Assembly (NCBI GenBank): GCA_039024555.1
Contig: JBCCQQ010000071.1
Span: forward strand, 1 to 30,648
From: Cyanobacteria bacterium P01_D01_bin.156
GTDB taxonomy: Bacteria; Cyanobacteriota; Cyanobacteriia; Phormidesmidales; Phormidesmidaceae
Length of the DNA: 30,648 nt
Reading direction: 5' to 3'
Below, piece by piece: positions 9,226 through 19,480 of this stretch. Numbering within the stretch: position 1 is the first letter of the stretch; every line of letters begins with the position of its first letter. The notes beneath the pieces were generated by a model. That model searched no databases. It was given only the letters and a program-made list of their open reading frames with translations, and was not told the DNA's origin. The position numbers and the translations under genes are program-made.

Positions 9226-9259
9226 GCCGTTGCTGATCTTCTAAATCAGCAACGGCCAC
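9226..9259. terminator. Minimal copy of the hairpin repeat, probable terminator between convergent nifT and ORF8759
   Basis: Perfect 12-bp stem GCCGTTGCTGAT / ATCAGCAACGGC. The minus strand from 9259 matches 13046-13069 at 23/24 positions and starts immediately after the nifT TAA. Confidence 0.75.
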
Positions 9260-9463
9260 TTAATTCAGTCGTTTAGCTCTAACGGTCTGAGGTGTTTTGA
9301 TGGGGTTATCTAATCCGGTGACTGACAGTTCCCAGCCATTGGCAAGCGTAAACACTTGAGTATCATCCACCGTGGTTTGTTTAACCACTTCTTCTTCGAG
9401 ATCTTTTTTGGCAACATAGACCAGGAGTTTTCCAGCACGATCGGTGTGCAACATTACTTTCAT
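9260..9463 (-). CDS. nifT: NifT/FixU protein
   Basis: MKVML...YVAKKDLEEEVV...LANGWEL...PQTVRAK. Confidence 0.93.
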   Translation of the reverse strand: MKVMLHTDRAGKLLVYVAKKDLEEEVVKQTTVDDTQVFTLANGWELSVTGLDNPIKTPQTVRAKRLN

Positions 9464-9551
9464 AGTGGTTCCCTAGGGGAAAGAACAGGATAAGTGGAGG
9501 AAAAGGAAGATGCTGTAAGGGCTGCCTTGTGTCGGCCGCCTATGGAATTAA

Positions 9552-10694
9552 TTATGGAATCGCCACGCCTATATTCTCCTGTGGTACCAGGCTGAGCAAT
9601 TCATCAATTGTAAGGCTACGTTTTAGCTGGGTTGAGCGATCCCGTACGGCATCTAGCAGTTGCTGGCTGTTGCTGGCGTCGAGCTGTATGCCATAGTTCT
9701 GTAAGACCTGACTCAGTAGATGACGACCAGAGTGCTTGCCCACAACAAAACGCCGCTGCCAGCCCACATCTCTAGGGTCGAATGGTTCGTAGGTACTAGG
9801 ATTGTTTAGTACGCCATGGGCATGGATGCCGGACTCGTGGGCAAAGGTATTGGCACCAACAATGGCCTTCCAGGGGGGAACTGGACAATTGACGGTTTTA
9901 GCAACAAAGCGAGATAGCTCTAGCAGACGATTGGTCTGAATTGTGGTCTTGAGACCGTAGATCTGTCGTAAGGCCATGACAGCCTCCTCAAGGGCAGTAT
10001 TTCCAGCCCTTTCTCCTAGACCATTAACGGTGGTATTGATGGAGGCAGCACCCGCACGGACACCAGCCAGGGCATTGGCGGTTGCCAGACCCAGGTCGTT
10101 ATGGGTGTGCATTTCCACTGGAATCGATAAGGCGGCGGTCAATCTTTTCACCTTTGAGAAGGTGGAAAACGGGTCTAGAATACCCACGGTGTCACAAAAG
10201 CGAAACCGAAAAGCGCCACTCTCTTGGGCAAACTGTGCTGCTTCGAGTAAAAATGTCTCATCGGCACGGGAACTATCTTCACCCCCTACACTCACATCTA
10301 GACCGTGATCGCGGGCAAAGCTGATGGCCTCCTGTAGCTGTTGAAACATTTTGGCCCACTGGCCTTGGAACTTAACTTGAATCTGTATATCTGAGACTGG
10401 GACTGAAATATGGATGCGCGTTAGACCACAGTGGATAGACGCCTGGATATCGGACAGGACAGCACGATTCCAACCCAGGAGCTGGGCGTTTAGCCCCAGG
10501 TTGGCAATTGTGCGAATGGCCTGGGCTTCGTCTCTTCCCATGGCGGGAATGCCAACTTCCATTTCCTGTACACCGATGGTGTCGAGAAACGTTGCGATCG
10601 CAACCTTCTCTTCTAAGCTAAAGGCAATACCTGCTGCTTGTTCACCATCTCTTAGGGTCGTATCGTTAATATATATCTGGGGTGGAGTTGTCAT
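9552..10694 (-). CDS. nifV: Homocitrate synthase
   Basis: DTTLRDGEQ, RFRFCDTVG, EMHTHNDLG, GLGERAGN, FAHESGIH, GKHSG. Confidence 0.96.
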   Translation of the reverse strand: MTTPPQIYINDTTLRDGEQAAGIAFSLEEKVAIATFLDTIGVQEMEVGIPAMGRDEAQAIRTIANLGLNAQLLGWNRAVLSDIQASIHCGLTRIHISVPVSDIQIQVKFQGQWAKMFQQLQEAISFARDHGLDVSVGGEDSSRADETFLLEAAQFAQESGAFRFRFCDTVGILDPFSTFSKVKRLTAALSIPVEMHTHNDLGLATANALAGVRAGAASINTTVNGLGERAGNTALEEAVMALRQIYGLKTTIQTNRLLELSRFVAKTVNCPVPPWKAIVGANTFAHESGIHAHGVLNNPSTYEPFDPRDVGWQRRFVVGKHSGRHLLSQVLQNYGIQLDASNSQQLLDAVRDRSTQLKRSLTIDELLSLVPQENIGVAIP

Positions 10695-10725
10695 GGTGTA
10701 GCCTCCATACAGTTAAAAGAGGGAA

Positions 10726-10761
10726 GAGGGTGAGCGAGGGCCGTGCTATGGTCTCACCCTC
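10726..10761 (-). other. Stem-loop in the nifV leader
   Basis: 9-bp perfect inverted repeat GAGGGTGAG / CTCACCCTC. Confidence 0.5.
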
Positions 10762-10800
10762 AAAACTTGTCTGCTAGACTGTGCTTGATGCAGAGCTTCC

Positions 10801-10944
10801 TTAGATCAAGGAAGCATCATCTATGGGCTGAGACTGGTCTCTGTTGAAAGATTCAATATCTTCTGCAATGATCTTATTGAGAAAATACTGTAGAACCCAG
10901 GAAAAGAGAATGAAGGGGCCAACCATCATAAAGGTAGTCAACAT
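10801..10944 (-). CDS. Putative 47-aa single-pass membrane protein (below the ORF-track cutoff)
   Basis: AGGAG 9 nt before ATG 10944. Manual translation MLTTFMMVGPFILFSWVLQYFLNKIIAEDIESFNRDQSQPIDDASLI has a hydrophobic N-terminus and acidic tail. Fills the dps-nifV gap on the operon strand. Confidence 0.62.
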   Translation of the reverse strand: MLTTFMMVGPFILFSWVLQYFLNKIIAEDIESFNRDQSQPIDDASLI

Positions 10945-10993
10945 AATAGACATCTCCTGACTATCTAAGAAATGGACAAAATCTTGAGCAGCC

Positions 10994-11533
10994 CTATTTC
11001 AGGGAGGCAAAGGTAAGGCTATCTTCAGACAAAAAGTGATCTAGATGAAAAGTTCGCTCTTCTGTCTTTAAAAGGATTTGTTCATAGAGATATCGAGTGG
11101 CTCGATCTCCCACACTTTCAGCCTGAGTGGCTAATCGACGAAGTAGGACAATCATAGACTGTTCGGCCGCAAGATCGTTTTCAATCATTTGCCGACAGTT
11201 ATAGGCACCTTCTGACTCTGGCGTAAAACAGCATTGTTCAGCCAGGGTGGCCAACCTACCTGCTGGAATACCGCCTAGACCATTTAAACGCTCAGCCACG
11301 TCATGGGCGTCTCCCTGAACAGCTTCGTAGCTCTCTTGAAAGAATTCATGAACGGAGTAAAACTCTGCACCTTCAATGACAAAGTGGTGCTTTTGATATT
11401 GCATGTAGAGGGCTTGAAAGCTGGCGTAAACCAGATTAAGTCCTTCACATACCGTGATGGTGACCTCTTTTTCAAGACCGACGGCATTATCACCGACTTC
11501 ACCAAAGGCACGGACAAGAGTTTGAGTTGTCAT
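10994..11533 (-). CDS. dps: Dps-family ferritin-like protein (DpsA type)
   Basis: LYMQYQKHHFVIEGAEFYSVHEFF, DVAERLNGLGG, GDRATRYL. GGAG precedes ATG 11533. Confidence 0.92.
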   Translation of the reverse strand: MTTQTLVRAFGEVGDNAVGLEKEVTITVCEGLNLVYASFQALYMQYQKHHFVIEGAEFYSVHEFFQESYEAVQGDAHDVAERLNGLGGIPAGRLATLAEQCCFTPESEGAYNCRQMIENDLAAEQSMIVLLRRLATQAESVGDRATRYLYEQILLKTEERTFHLDHFLSEDSLTFASLK

Positions 11534-11578
11534 ATGGTTTCTCCACTTAGTATATAGGATGAACAAGGACGTAAACGG

Positions 11579-11848
11579 TTAATGATCGGTGGTACAGGTG
11601 GTTTGGGTTTGCCAACAGCGCTCTAGCCAGCTAATACCAACCTGACGGGGAGCCGTGAATCGTCTGATGACGCTATGGACTAGCATTAGCTCCAAGGCAT
11701 GATTGACATCGACACGCAGGGTGCCATCGGCTGGACAGCTACAAGAAATATGGAGTTCTTGTAAGCGACGATTGATTGACCAGCGTTCACCGCGAGGTAC
11801 GGTAACAATCTGTCCCCAATCTGGGACAGTGGGGGTGAATTTATCCAT
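11579..11848 (-). CDS. Asr1405/Asl0597-family small protein
   Basis: ERWSINRRLQEL.I.C.C...L.V and WLERCW pattern, in the usual position next to nifP. Confidence 0.78.
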   Translation of the reverse strand: MDKFTPTVPDWGQIVTVPRGERWSINRRLQELHISCSCPADGTLRVDVNHALELMLVHSVIRRFTAPRQVGISWLERCWQTQTTCTTDH

Positions 11849-11894
11849 AGGTTTGATACTCCAGGGTTGATAGGGATAAATAGGAAAGATTTTG

Positions 11895-11982
11895 GGCGTT
11901 GCTGATTTAAGGTATGAACCGCTCTGTGGGATATGCGATGTGCCGATAGTGATCAGATAAATTTATGCCGGGAAGCAGCGCC
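11895..11982. repeat. Full-length copy of the hairpin repeat overlapping the nifP 3' end
   Basis: GGCGTTGCTGATTTAAGGTATGAACCG...AGCAGCGCC. The interior aligns with the copies at 13046 and 19341. Confidence 0.72.
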
Positions 11983-12656
11983 AGATTTTGTAACTGGGTT
12001 TCTAAAGCTTCAATGCGAGCCAGCAGGTGACGCACGGCGGTGGCTTCAACATCAGGTAGCTGACCATGGTCGAGGGGGGCGGCCGCTGTGTTACATTCAC
12101 AGACGTTACGGCTTGGAATTCCCACGGCTGTACAGTCAGACGGCACGCTCCTCAAGACAACAGAGCCGGCTCCAATCCGAGCATGGTCACCAATGGTAAT
12201 GCTGCCTAACACTTTGGCACCACTGCCAATGACCACCTGACTACCGACTGTGGGATGACGTTTACCGATTTCTTTCCCTGTCCCCCCCAACGTAACCCCC
12301 TGATAAATCAAGGTATAGTTACCAACAACGGCTGTTTCTCCGATTACAACTCCCATACCGTGATCGATAAAAACCCCTTTTCCTAAGGTGGCACAGGGGT
12401 GAATGTCTATACCCGTAAAGAAACGGGCTAGATGAGAAATAAACCGAGGAAAAAATGGCACATTGTGTTGTAGCAACCAGTGGGCTAAACGATGGGCCAT
12501 GAGCGCATGTAGCCCAGGGTAGCAGCACAGCACTTCTAACCAATTGCGAGCTGCTGGATCTCGTTTAAAAATAATGGCAAAGTCTGCCCAATGGGAAAAA
12601 GACAGGTGCTTTGATAACTGACGCCAAATAGAGAAGTGTTGCAGGAATGGGAACAT
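11907..12656 (-). CDS. nifP: Serine O-acetyltransferase (NifP/CysE)
   Basis: [53 protein letters not shown] and hexapeptide repeats; divergent from nifB. Confidence 0.95.
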   Translation of the reverse strand: MFPFLQHFSIWRQLSKHLSFSHWADFAIIFKRDPAARNWLEVLCCYPGLHALMAHRLAHWLLQHNVPFFPRFISHLARFFTGIDIHPCATLGKGVFIDHGMGVVIGETAVVGNYTLIYQGVTLGGTGKEIGKRHPTVGSQVVIGSGAKVLGSITIGDHARIGAGSVVLRSVPSDCTAVGIPSRNVCECNTAAAPLDHGQLPDVEATAVRHLLARIEALETQLQNLALLPGINLSDHYRHIAYPTERFIP

Positions 12657-12752
12657 AACTCTGGGAGGGCTTTGTTTTTCTGCTTATAGCAATTGCGATT
12701 TTTAGGGTGCGATCGCAGCGGCCCAATCCAGATTTACTATAACTATTACTGC

Positions 12753-12946
12753 TGTACTCAGGCGTTCAAACCATTGAAAGGTAAACGATTAGAATTACCT
12801 TGAGGATAGGGTACTAGTATTTCAGCACCAAGGAGTGCGTATTTATCAGTATGGGGGCTGGTATTTTGTACTCAGGGCAAAACTCTCATGGATAAGGCAT
12901 AGGGCTATATCTGCTAACAATTAAAAGACCGAGCCCTATGCACTCA
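12753..12946 (-). promoter_or_regulatory. Putative CnfR-dependent promoter array of the nifP operon
   Basis: Minus-strand TGAGTGCA (12946), TGAGTACA (12874) and TGAGTACA (12760), with CTGATAAATAC and AAATACTAGTACCCT between the last two. Confidence 0.75.
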
Positions 12947-12992
12947 AAGTACGGCTTTCGCCCCTTTGATTTACGGCTTAACCATAGAAACT

Positions 12993-13006
12993 GTAACAAA
13001 TGATGC
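12993..13006. promoter_or_regulatory. Possible NtcA-like site
   Basis: (T)GTA-ACAAATGA-TGC(A), one mismatch from GTA-N8-TAC. Confidence 0.3.
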
Positions 13007-13045
13007 AAAAACTCTCGATCAACTTCAGTAATCCTTAACAACTTT

Positions 13046-13140
13046 GTGGCCGTTGCTGATTTAGAGGATGAACCGATCGGTTAGATAGGCCATAGGACAG
13101 CATCTCGCAGATGAAATCCTCCCGAGGATCAGCAGCGCCC
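13046..13140. repeat. Full-length copy of the hairpin repeat in the nifP-nifB intergenic region
   Basis: GTGGCCGTTGCTGATTTAGAGGATG...ATCCTCCCGAGGATCAGCAGCGCCC. Confidence 0.78.
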
Positions 13141-13400
13141 AACTTTGTAAGTATGGCCAATAGTTTGTCTAGGCAATTACGATTGCTGCTTGAGACGGCT
13201 GATTAAACTCGTCTCTAATTTTCAAAGCGGACTATGGCAGGGTCGATAAACGCTTCTAGTTGCTTTTACATTATTTAACGTGAAATAGTAAAACCTGTTA
13301 CCCCAAACACGTTAGGACTGCAAAGAACACTACAGACATTGTTTTTGCCTATTCGATACCGCATTGGATTTGGTAGCAAATTTAGCAAAATATCTGAATT

Positions 13401-13595
13401 TGAGTACTCAAATAACCCTGTTGTTAGAGGGGCACAAAAAGCCTTAAACTCTTGTCAAACATGGGGTTTGACTGAGTGCAGTAATGACCGGACGGGGCTG
13501 ATAAAATACCAGCCCATGGGCTAATAAATACCAGTCCCCTGATCTAAAAAAAATATTTTTCTCTGTGTTTTCAAGGGTTGTAGTGGTTGAGTACA
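13401..13595 (+). promoter_or_regulatory. Putative CnfR-dependent promoter array of the nifB operon
   Basis: TGAGTACT (13401, inside the palindrome ATTTGAGTACTCAAAT), TGAGTGCA (13473) and TGAGTACA (13588), with CTGATAAAATAC and AAATACCAGTCCCCT between the last two. Confidence 0.78.
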
Positions 13596-14057
13596 GTGTT
13601 AATCACTTAATAAATCCTATCGACGCATTTCCTGATTCTGGTTCTAGAGTTGTTGCTATAACTCTTTCATCGCTGAACACCTAGTCTGACTGAATGCGAT
13701 GGAGGCCATAAAAACATCGCCTGGTAAGAACTAATTTAGATTTCTCAGACATTGTTTTTAGATCTCGATAATTCAGTAATTGACAACCAGACTCATTTCA
13801 AGTGTATTCACCCTGTTTAGATGTCCCAGTTATCTCATTTAGATAAACGAGCACATCTCTATCTATGCATTTTGGAAATTACTGTTTGTCTACACAGACG
13901 AAGCTCTGCGACTCACACTCTCTCTGGCGCTGTATTGGCTGTCATCCACCCCTGATTCTTTGGCCCAACTGCCAAGAACAACCACACACCTGATGTCACC
14001 CATGCAGCGCTGCTCTTTCTTAAAGGTCTACTTTGCTCCCTAACCCACCTTAAAACA

Positions 14058-15530
14058 ATGACGCCTCCGCCCCCTACTGCCCTTGCCTCTGCGCCCACGG
14101 CGACGCCCGAGCTGGACATTACCTTAACCAAAACCAAAACAACGGTCAAGTCCGGCGGCGGCTGTGGCTGTAGCACCAAAAACGATGCTGCCAATGGTAT
14201 GAGTGAAACCCTCAAGGCCCGTATTGAAAAACATCCTTGCTACAGCGAAGAAGCTCACCATCACTATGCCCGCATGCACGTTGCTGTGGCACCTGCGTGC
14301 AATATCCAGTGCAACTACTGCAACCGCAAGTATGACTGTGCCAATGAAAGTCGCCCCGGTGTTGTGAGTGAACTGCTCACTCCTGAAGAAGCGGCCCACA
14401 AAGTATTGGTGGTTGCTGGCAAAATCCCCCAGATGACAGTTTTAGGCATTGCTGGACCTGGCGATCCGCTAGCTAACCCAGAGAAAACCTTTCGTACCTT
14501 TGAGCTCATTGCCGACAAGGCCCCCGATATTAAACTTTGTCTTTCTACTAACGGCCTGATGTTGCCGGACCACGTGGAGCGCATCAAACAGCTGAATGTG
14601 GATCACGTCACCATCACTATTAATATGGTGGACCCCAGCGTAGGAGAGAAAATATATCCCTGGGTTCACTATCGCCGTCGTCGCTATCGCGGCATTGAAG
14701 GGGTGAAAATCTTGCATGAGCGGCAGATGGAAGGTCTACAGGCCCTACAAGAAGCTGATATTCTTTGCAAAGTGAATTCGGTTCTTATTCCTGGCGTTAA
14801 CGACGAGCATCTGCCAGAGGTAAACAAGGCTATTCGCGATCGCGGCGCTTTTCTCCATAATATTATGCCGCTGATTTCGGCCCCTGAGTATGGCACCTAC
14901 TTTGGCCTCAACGGTCAGCGCGGTCCCAATCCTAAGGAGCTAAAGGGCGTACAGGACAAATGCTCTGGCAACATGAAGATGATGCGTCACTGTCGTCAGT
15001 GCCGGGCCGATGCGGTAGGTCTACTCGGTGAAGACCGCAGCCAGGAATTTACCAAAGAGAAATTTATGGAAATGCCCGCAGACTATAGTCTGCAGCAGCG
15101 TCAGGCCGTCCATCTCAGTATTGAACAAACCAAAGCGGCTGTCGCTGAAAAGAAAGAAGCCGCTGTCAGCAAAAAGCGCCCGATTAACTCGCCTAAGGTT
15201 CTAGTGGCAGTAGCGACTAAAGGGGGCGGCTTGGTCAATCAACACTTTGGCCATGCTAAAGAATTTATGATTTATGAAGTGGATGCCAATGGGGCCAAGT
15301 TTATCGGTCATCGTAAAGTGGCTGACTACTGCCAAGGTGGCTACGGCGAAGAGGCGGCCCTAGACGGCATTATCAGCACAATTGCCGACTGTAAGGCTGT
15401 GCTTGCATCCAAAGTAGGTCCATGTCCCCAGAAAGAACTAAAAAAATTTGGGCTAACGGTTGTCGAAGCTTACGATGTGATTGAAACGGTGGCTCGACAG
15501 TTTTATGACGAACATGTTTTAGAGAACTAG
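14058..15530 (+). CDS. nifB: FeMo-cofactor biosynthesis radical-SAM protein NifB
   Basis: [36 protein letters not shown] and a C-terminal NifX-like domain (NQHFGHA). Confidence 0.98.
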   Translation: MTPPPPTALASAPTATPELDITLTKTKTTVKSGGGCGCSTKNDAANGMSETLKARIEKHPCYSEEAHHHYARMHVAVAPACNIQCNYCNRKYDCANESRPGVVSELLTPEEAAHKVLVVAGKIPQMTVLGIAGPGDPLANPEKTFRTFELIADKAPDIKLCLSTNGLMLPDHVERIKQLNVDHVTITINMVDPSVGEKIYPWVHYRRRRYRGIEGVKILHERQMEGLQALQEADILCKVNSVLIPGVNDEHLPEVNKAIRDRGAFLHNIMPLISAPEYGTYFGLNGQRGPNPKELKGVQDKCSGNMKMMRHCRQCRADAVGLLGEDRSQEFTKEKFMEMPADYSLQQRQAVHLSIEQTKAAVAEKKEAAVSKKRPINSPKVLVAVATKGGGLVNQHFGHAKEFMIYEVDANGAKFIGHRKVADYCQGGYGEEAALDGIISTIADCKAVLASKVGPCPQKELKKFGLTVVEAYDVIETVARQFYDEHVLEN

Positions 15531-15535
15531 GTGCC

Positions 15536-15576
15536 GAGGGTGGGTGAGAAACATTAAATCACCCTTACCCACTCTT
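15536..15576 (+). other. Stem-loop after nifB
   Basis: GGGTGGGTGAG (15538-15548) pairs with CTTACCCACTC (15564-15574), using G-U pairs. Confidence 0.5.
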
Positions 15577-15625
15577 CTATGCTTTTGTCTCTCCTGTTCC
15601 TAATCTTTACAGCGAGGACCAACCC

Positions 15626-16018
15626 ATGCCATACACCATTACCGACAATTGTATTAGCTGCCAGCGCTGTCTCTCAGGCTGTCCCACTAATGCTATTCAG
15701 ACCGATGGTTCAAGATTTTGGATTAACGTAAATCTCTGTAATCAGTGTCAGGGATCTCACGGTGTGGCTCAGTGCTGGGCGGTCTGTCCTACAAATGAAG
15801 GCTGTGTACCATTATCCACTGGGACAGCGGCCGTTGATCTTTCCATTGAGACCTCTGCCGACTACTGGAACCACTGGTTTGCCAGCTATAGCCGTATGGT
15901 TTCTCGTCTCAAAAGTACAGAACGCTCAAGCTACTGGCGACAGTGGTTTGATACCTACTCTCAAACCCTCCAAAATTTGCGAACCCACGGCGACGTTGGT
16001 GCGCCTTTGATGCCCTAA
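15626..16018 (+). CDS. fdxN: 2[4Fe-4S] ferredoxin FdxN
   Basis: CISCQRCLSGCP and CNQC..CWAVCP; lies between nifB and nifS; two YWxxWFxxYS repeats at the C-terminus. Confidence 0.9.
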   Translation: MPYTITDNCISCQRCLSGCPTNAIQTDGSRFWINVNLCNQCQGSHGVAQCWAVCPTNEGCVPLSTGTAAVDLSIETSADYWNHWFASYSRMVSRLKSTERSSYWRQWFDTYSQTLQNLRTHGDVGAPLMP

Positions 16019-16070
16019 CTCTCACTGACCCATTAATTTTTTACCCCTTATCTGAAGCGGAGACGACGTA

Positions 16071-17264
16071 ATGGTCATTTATTTAGATAACAATGCGACC
16101 ACTCGGGTTGAACCTGATGTTTTGGATGCAATGCTGCCCTACTTGAGCGACTTTTACGGTAATCCATCGTCGATGCATAGTTTTGGAGGTCAAGTCGGTG
16201 CAGCTGTTCAAGATGCCAGAGTTAAGGTGGCTGAACTGCTCGGCGCAGAAGATACGGAAATCATTTTTAATAGCTGCGGTAGTGAGGGCAACAATACCGC
16301 CATCCACGCGGCCCTGGCTGCCCAGCCAGAGAAGCGCCATATTGTTACGACAGCCGTGGAGCACCCGGCTATTCTCAATGTGTGTAAGCAGTTGGAGAAA
16401 AGAGGATACACCGTTACTTACTTATCAGTAGACAGCAGCGGTCAGCTGGATCTGATGGAGGTGGAAGCGGCGATGACTGGAGGAACGGCCCTAGTCACCA
16501 CCATGTACGCCAACAATGAAACCGGTGTCATCTTTCCAATAGAACAGATTGGTGCGATCGCAAAAGAATACGAGGCCACCTTCCATGTAGACGCGGTGCA
16601 GGCCGTGGGTAAGGTACCCATCGACCTCAAGAACAGCACCATTGACCTACTGACTCTCTCTGGTCATAAGCTTCATGCTCCCAAAGGGGTGGGCGCACTC
16701 TACGTGCGTCGCGGCTTCCGCTTCCGTCCATTCCTCTTAGGCGGACATCAAGAGCGCGGACGGCGGGCAGGCACCCACAATGTCCCCGGCATTATCGCCC
16801 TGGGCAAAGCTGCTGAACAGGCTCGCGAGCATCTGGTTAATGTCCAAAAAGAACAGCAGCTGCGCGACCGGTTAGAGACTCAGCTGCTGGAGCTAATCCC
16901 CGACTGCGAAGTGAATGGAGGTGGCACCACACGCCTGCCCAACACTACCAACATTGGCTTTAAGTACATTGAAGGTGAAGCGATTCTGTTTATGCTCAAT
17001 CAGCATGGCATCTGCGCCTCTTCCGGGTCTGCCTGCACCTCCGGCTCTCTCGATCCGTCCCACGTGCTCACAGCCATGGGGCTACCCTACACCATTCTCC
17101 ACGGCTCTATCCGCTTTAGTCTGTCGCGATTCACCACCGCAGAAGATATCCAACAGGTTGTGAACGTCATGCCTGGCATTGTGGAAAAACTGCGAGCTAT
17201 TTCACCCTTCAACAGCGATGAAGCTGGCTGGCTACAGGATCGTGATTTAGTTCACAGCGCCTAG
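16071..17264 (+). CDS. nifS: Cysteine desulfurase NifS
   Basis: YLDNNATT, FHVDAVQ, SGHKLH (PLP lysine), SSGSACTS. Confidence 0.97.
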   Translation: MVIYLDNNATTRVEPDVLDAMLPYLSDFYGNPSSMHSFGGQVGAAVQDARVKVAELLGAEDTEIIFNSCGSEGNNTAIHAALAAQPEKRHIVTTAVEHPAILNVCKQLEKRGYTVTYLSVDSSGQLDLMEVEAAMTGGTALVTTMYANNETGVIFPIEQIGAIAKEYEATFHVDAVQAVGKVPIDLKNSTIDLLTLSGHKLHAPKGVGALYVRRGFRFRPFLLGGHQERGRRAGTHNVPGIIALGKAAEQAREHLVNVQKEQQLRDRLETQLLELIPDCEVNGGGTTRLPNTTNIGFKYIEGEAILFMLNQHGICASSGSACTSGSLDPSHVLTAMGLPYTILHGSIRFSLSRFTTAEDIQQVVNVMPGIVEKLRAISPFNSDEAGWLQDRDLVHSA

Positions 17265-17311
17265 GCTTCTTACTCCTTCTTTTTTCCTGCTCCTTACCCT
17301 CCAAACCTGTC

Positions 17312-18184
17312 ATGTGGGACTATTCCGAAAAAGTACTCGAACTGTTTTATAACCCGATTAATCAGGGTGCGATCGCAGATCCTCAAGAGCCCGATATCGC
17401 TGTTGTTTATGGTGAAGTCGGCAGTATTGCCTGCGGTGACGCGCTGCGGCTACACCTAAAGATTCAAGAATCTACAGAAACAATTCTGGACTCTCAGTTT
17501 CAAACCTTTGGCTGTACCAGTGCGATTGCCTCCTCCTCTGCTCTCACCGAAATCATTAAAGGCAAAACTCTCGATCAAGCCCTCAATATCACCAACCAAG
17601 ATATTGCTGAGTTCTTAGGAGGGTTACCCGAAGCCAAAATGCACTGTTCCGTCATGGGGCAAGAAGCTCTCGAAGCCGCCATCTACAAATATCGCGGTAT
17701 TGAAGTTGAGCATCACGACGATGACGAAGGCACCTTAATCTGTTCTTGCTTCGGTATCACTGAACCCCGTATTCGACGGGTGATTATCGAAAACGACCTA
17801 ACCACAGTCGAGCAAGTTACTAACTATGTTAAGGCAGGCGGCGGCTGTGGCTCTTGCCTGGCAGGTATCGAAGATGTTCTCATCGAGGTACAGCGAGACA
17901 GAACTGCAGTAGCTGCCAGAGTAGAAGCAGAAGTTACCGCTGCCCCCCTCACTCCTATTCAAAAGATCAATCTGATTCAACAAGTCCTCACCGAAGACGT
18001 GCGCCCTATGCTCATAGCCGATGGCGGCGATGTTGAACTCTACGACGTCAGCGGCGATGTGGTGCAGGTGCAGCTCAAAGGGGCCTGTGGTTCTTGTGAT
18101 AGCAGCACAGCCACCCTAAAAGGCGCGATTGAAACTCGCTTGCAGACCCAGGTTTCCCCCGAATTAACCGTCGTTGCCATATAA
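17312..18184 (+). CDS. nifU: Fe-S scaffold protein NifU
   Basis: IscU domain (ACGD, FGC, MHCS), central CxC...CxxC domain and Nfu domain (GACGSC). Confidence 0.97.
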   Translation: MWDYSEKVLELFYNPINQGAIADPQEPDIAVVYGEVGSIACGDALRLHLKIQESTETILDSQFQTFGCTSAIASSSALTEIIKGKTLDQALNITNQDIAEFLGGLPEAKMHCSVMGQEALEAAIYKYRGIEVEHHDDDEGTLICSCFGITEPRIRRVIIENDLTTVEQVTNYVKAGGGCGSCLAGIEDVLIEVQRDRTAVAARVEAEVTAAPLTPIQKINLIQQVLTEDVRPMLIADGGDVELYDVSGDVVQVQLKGACGSCDSSTATLKGAIETRLQTQVSPELTVVAI

Positions 18185-18241
18185 GCCATTGCCAATTCTC
18201 TCTTTATTAATCCGATGAATTTTCACCACCACATCCCCGTA

Positions 18242-19247
<1,006 letters not shown>

Positions 19248-19256
19248 TGTCGGCCT

Positions 19257-19333
19257 TGTCTGATCCGATGTGGCATAGGCCTAAATTATTAGCGAGCAAG
19301 CTACCTGGGGTATTTCCCGCATCGGATCAGACA
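19257..19333 (+). other. 17-bp stem-loop immediately after nifH
   Basis: TGTCTGATCCGATGTGG / CCGCATCGGATCAGACA, with one G-U pair. Confidence 0.8.
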
Positions 19334-19340
19334 TCTTACG

Positions 19341-19430
19341 ATTGCTGATTGGAAAGATGGATCAATCTGTAGACACTGCTATCTGACAGTCTCTCACTGA
19401 TAATGCCATCTTGAGGATCAGCAATGCCAC
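19341..19430. repeat. Full-length copy of the hairpin repeat between nifH and nifD
   Basis: ATTGCTGATTGGAAAGATGG...CCATCTTGAGGATCAGCAATGCCAC. Confidence 0.75.
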
Positions 19431-19480
19431 AATTTCTTCCCACCTGTCCATAACCCTTATCGCAAACACGAGAGGACACC

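Noticed and set aside
13339..13524. 61-aa ORF in the nifP-nifB intergenic region
   Set aside because: TTG start with no RBS, and it runs across the promoter boxes.
13931..13945. CxxCH in the nifB leader ORF as a c-type cytochrome
   Set aside because: There is no export signal and the ORF is only 42 aa; it is kept only as a possible leader peptide.
15860..15965. Duplicated YWxxWFxxYS motif in the FdxN tail
   Set aside because: As I recall it is a normal feature of cyanobacterial FdxN.
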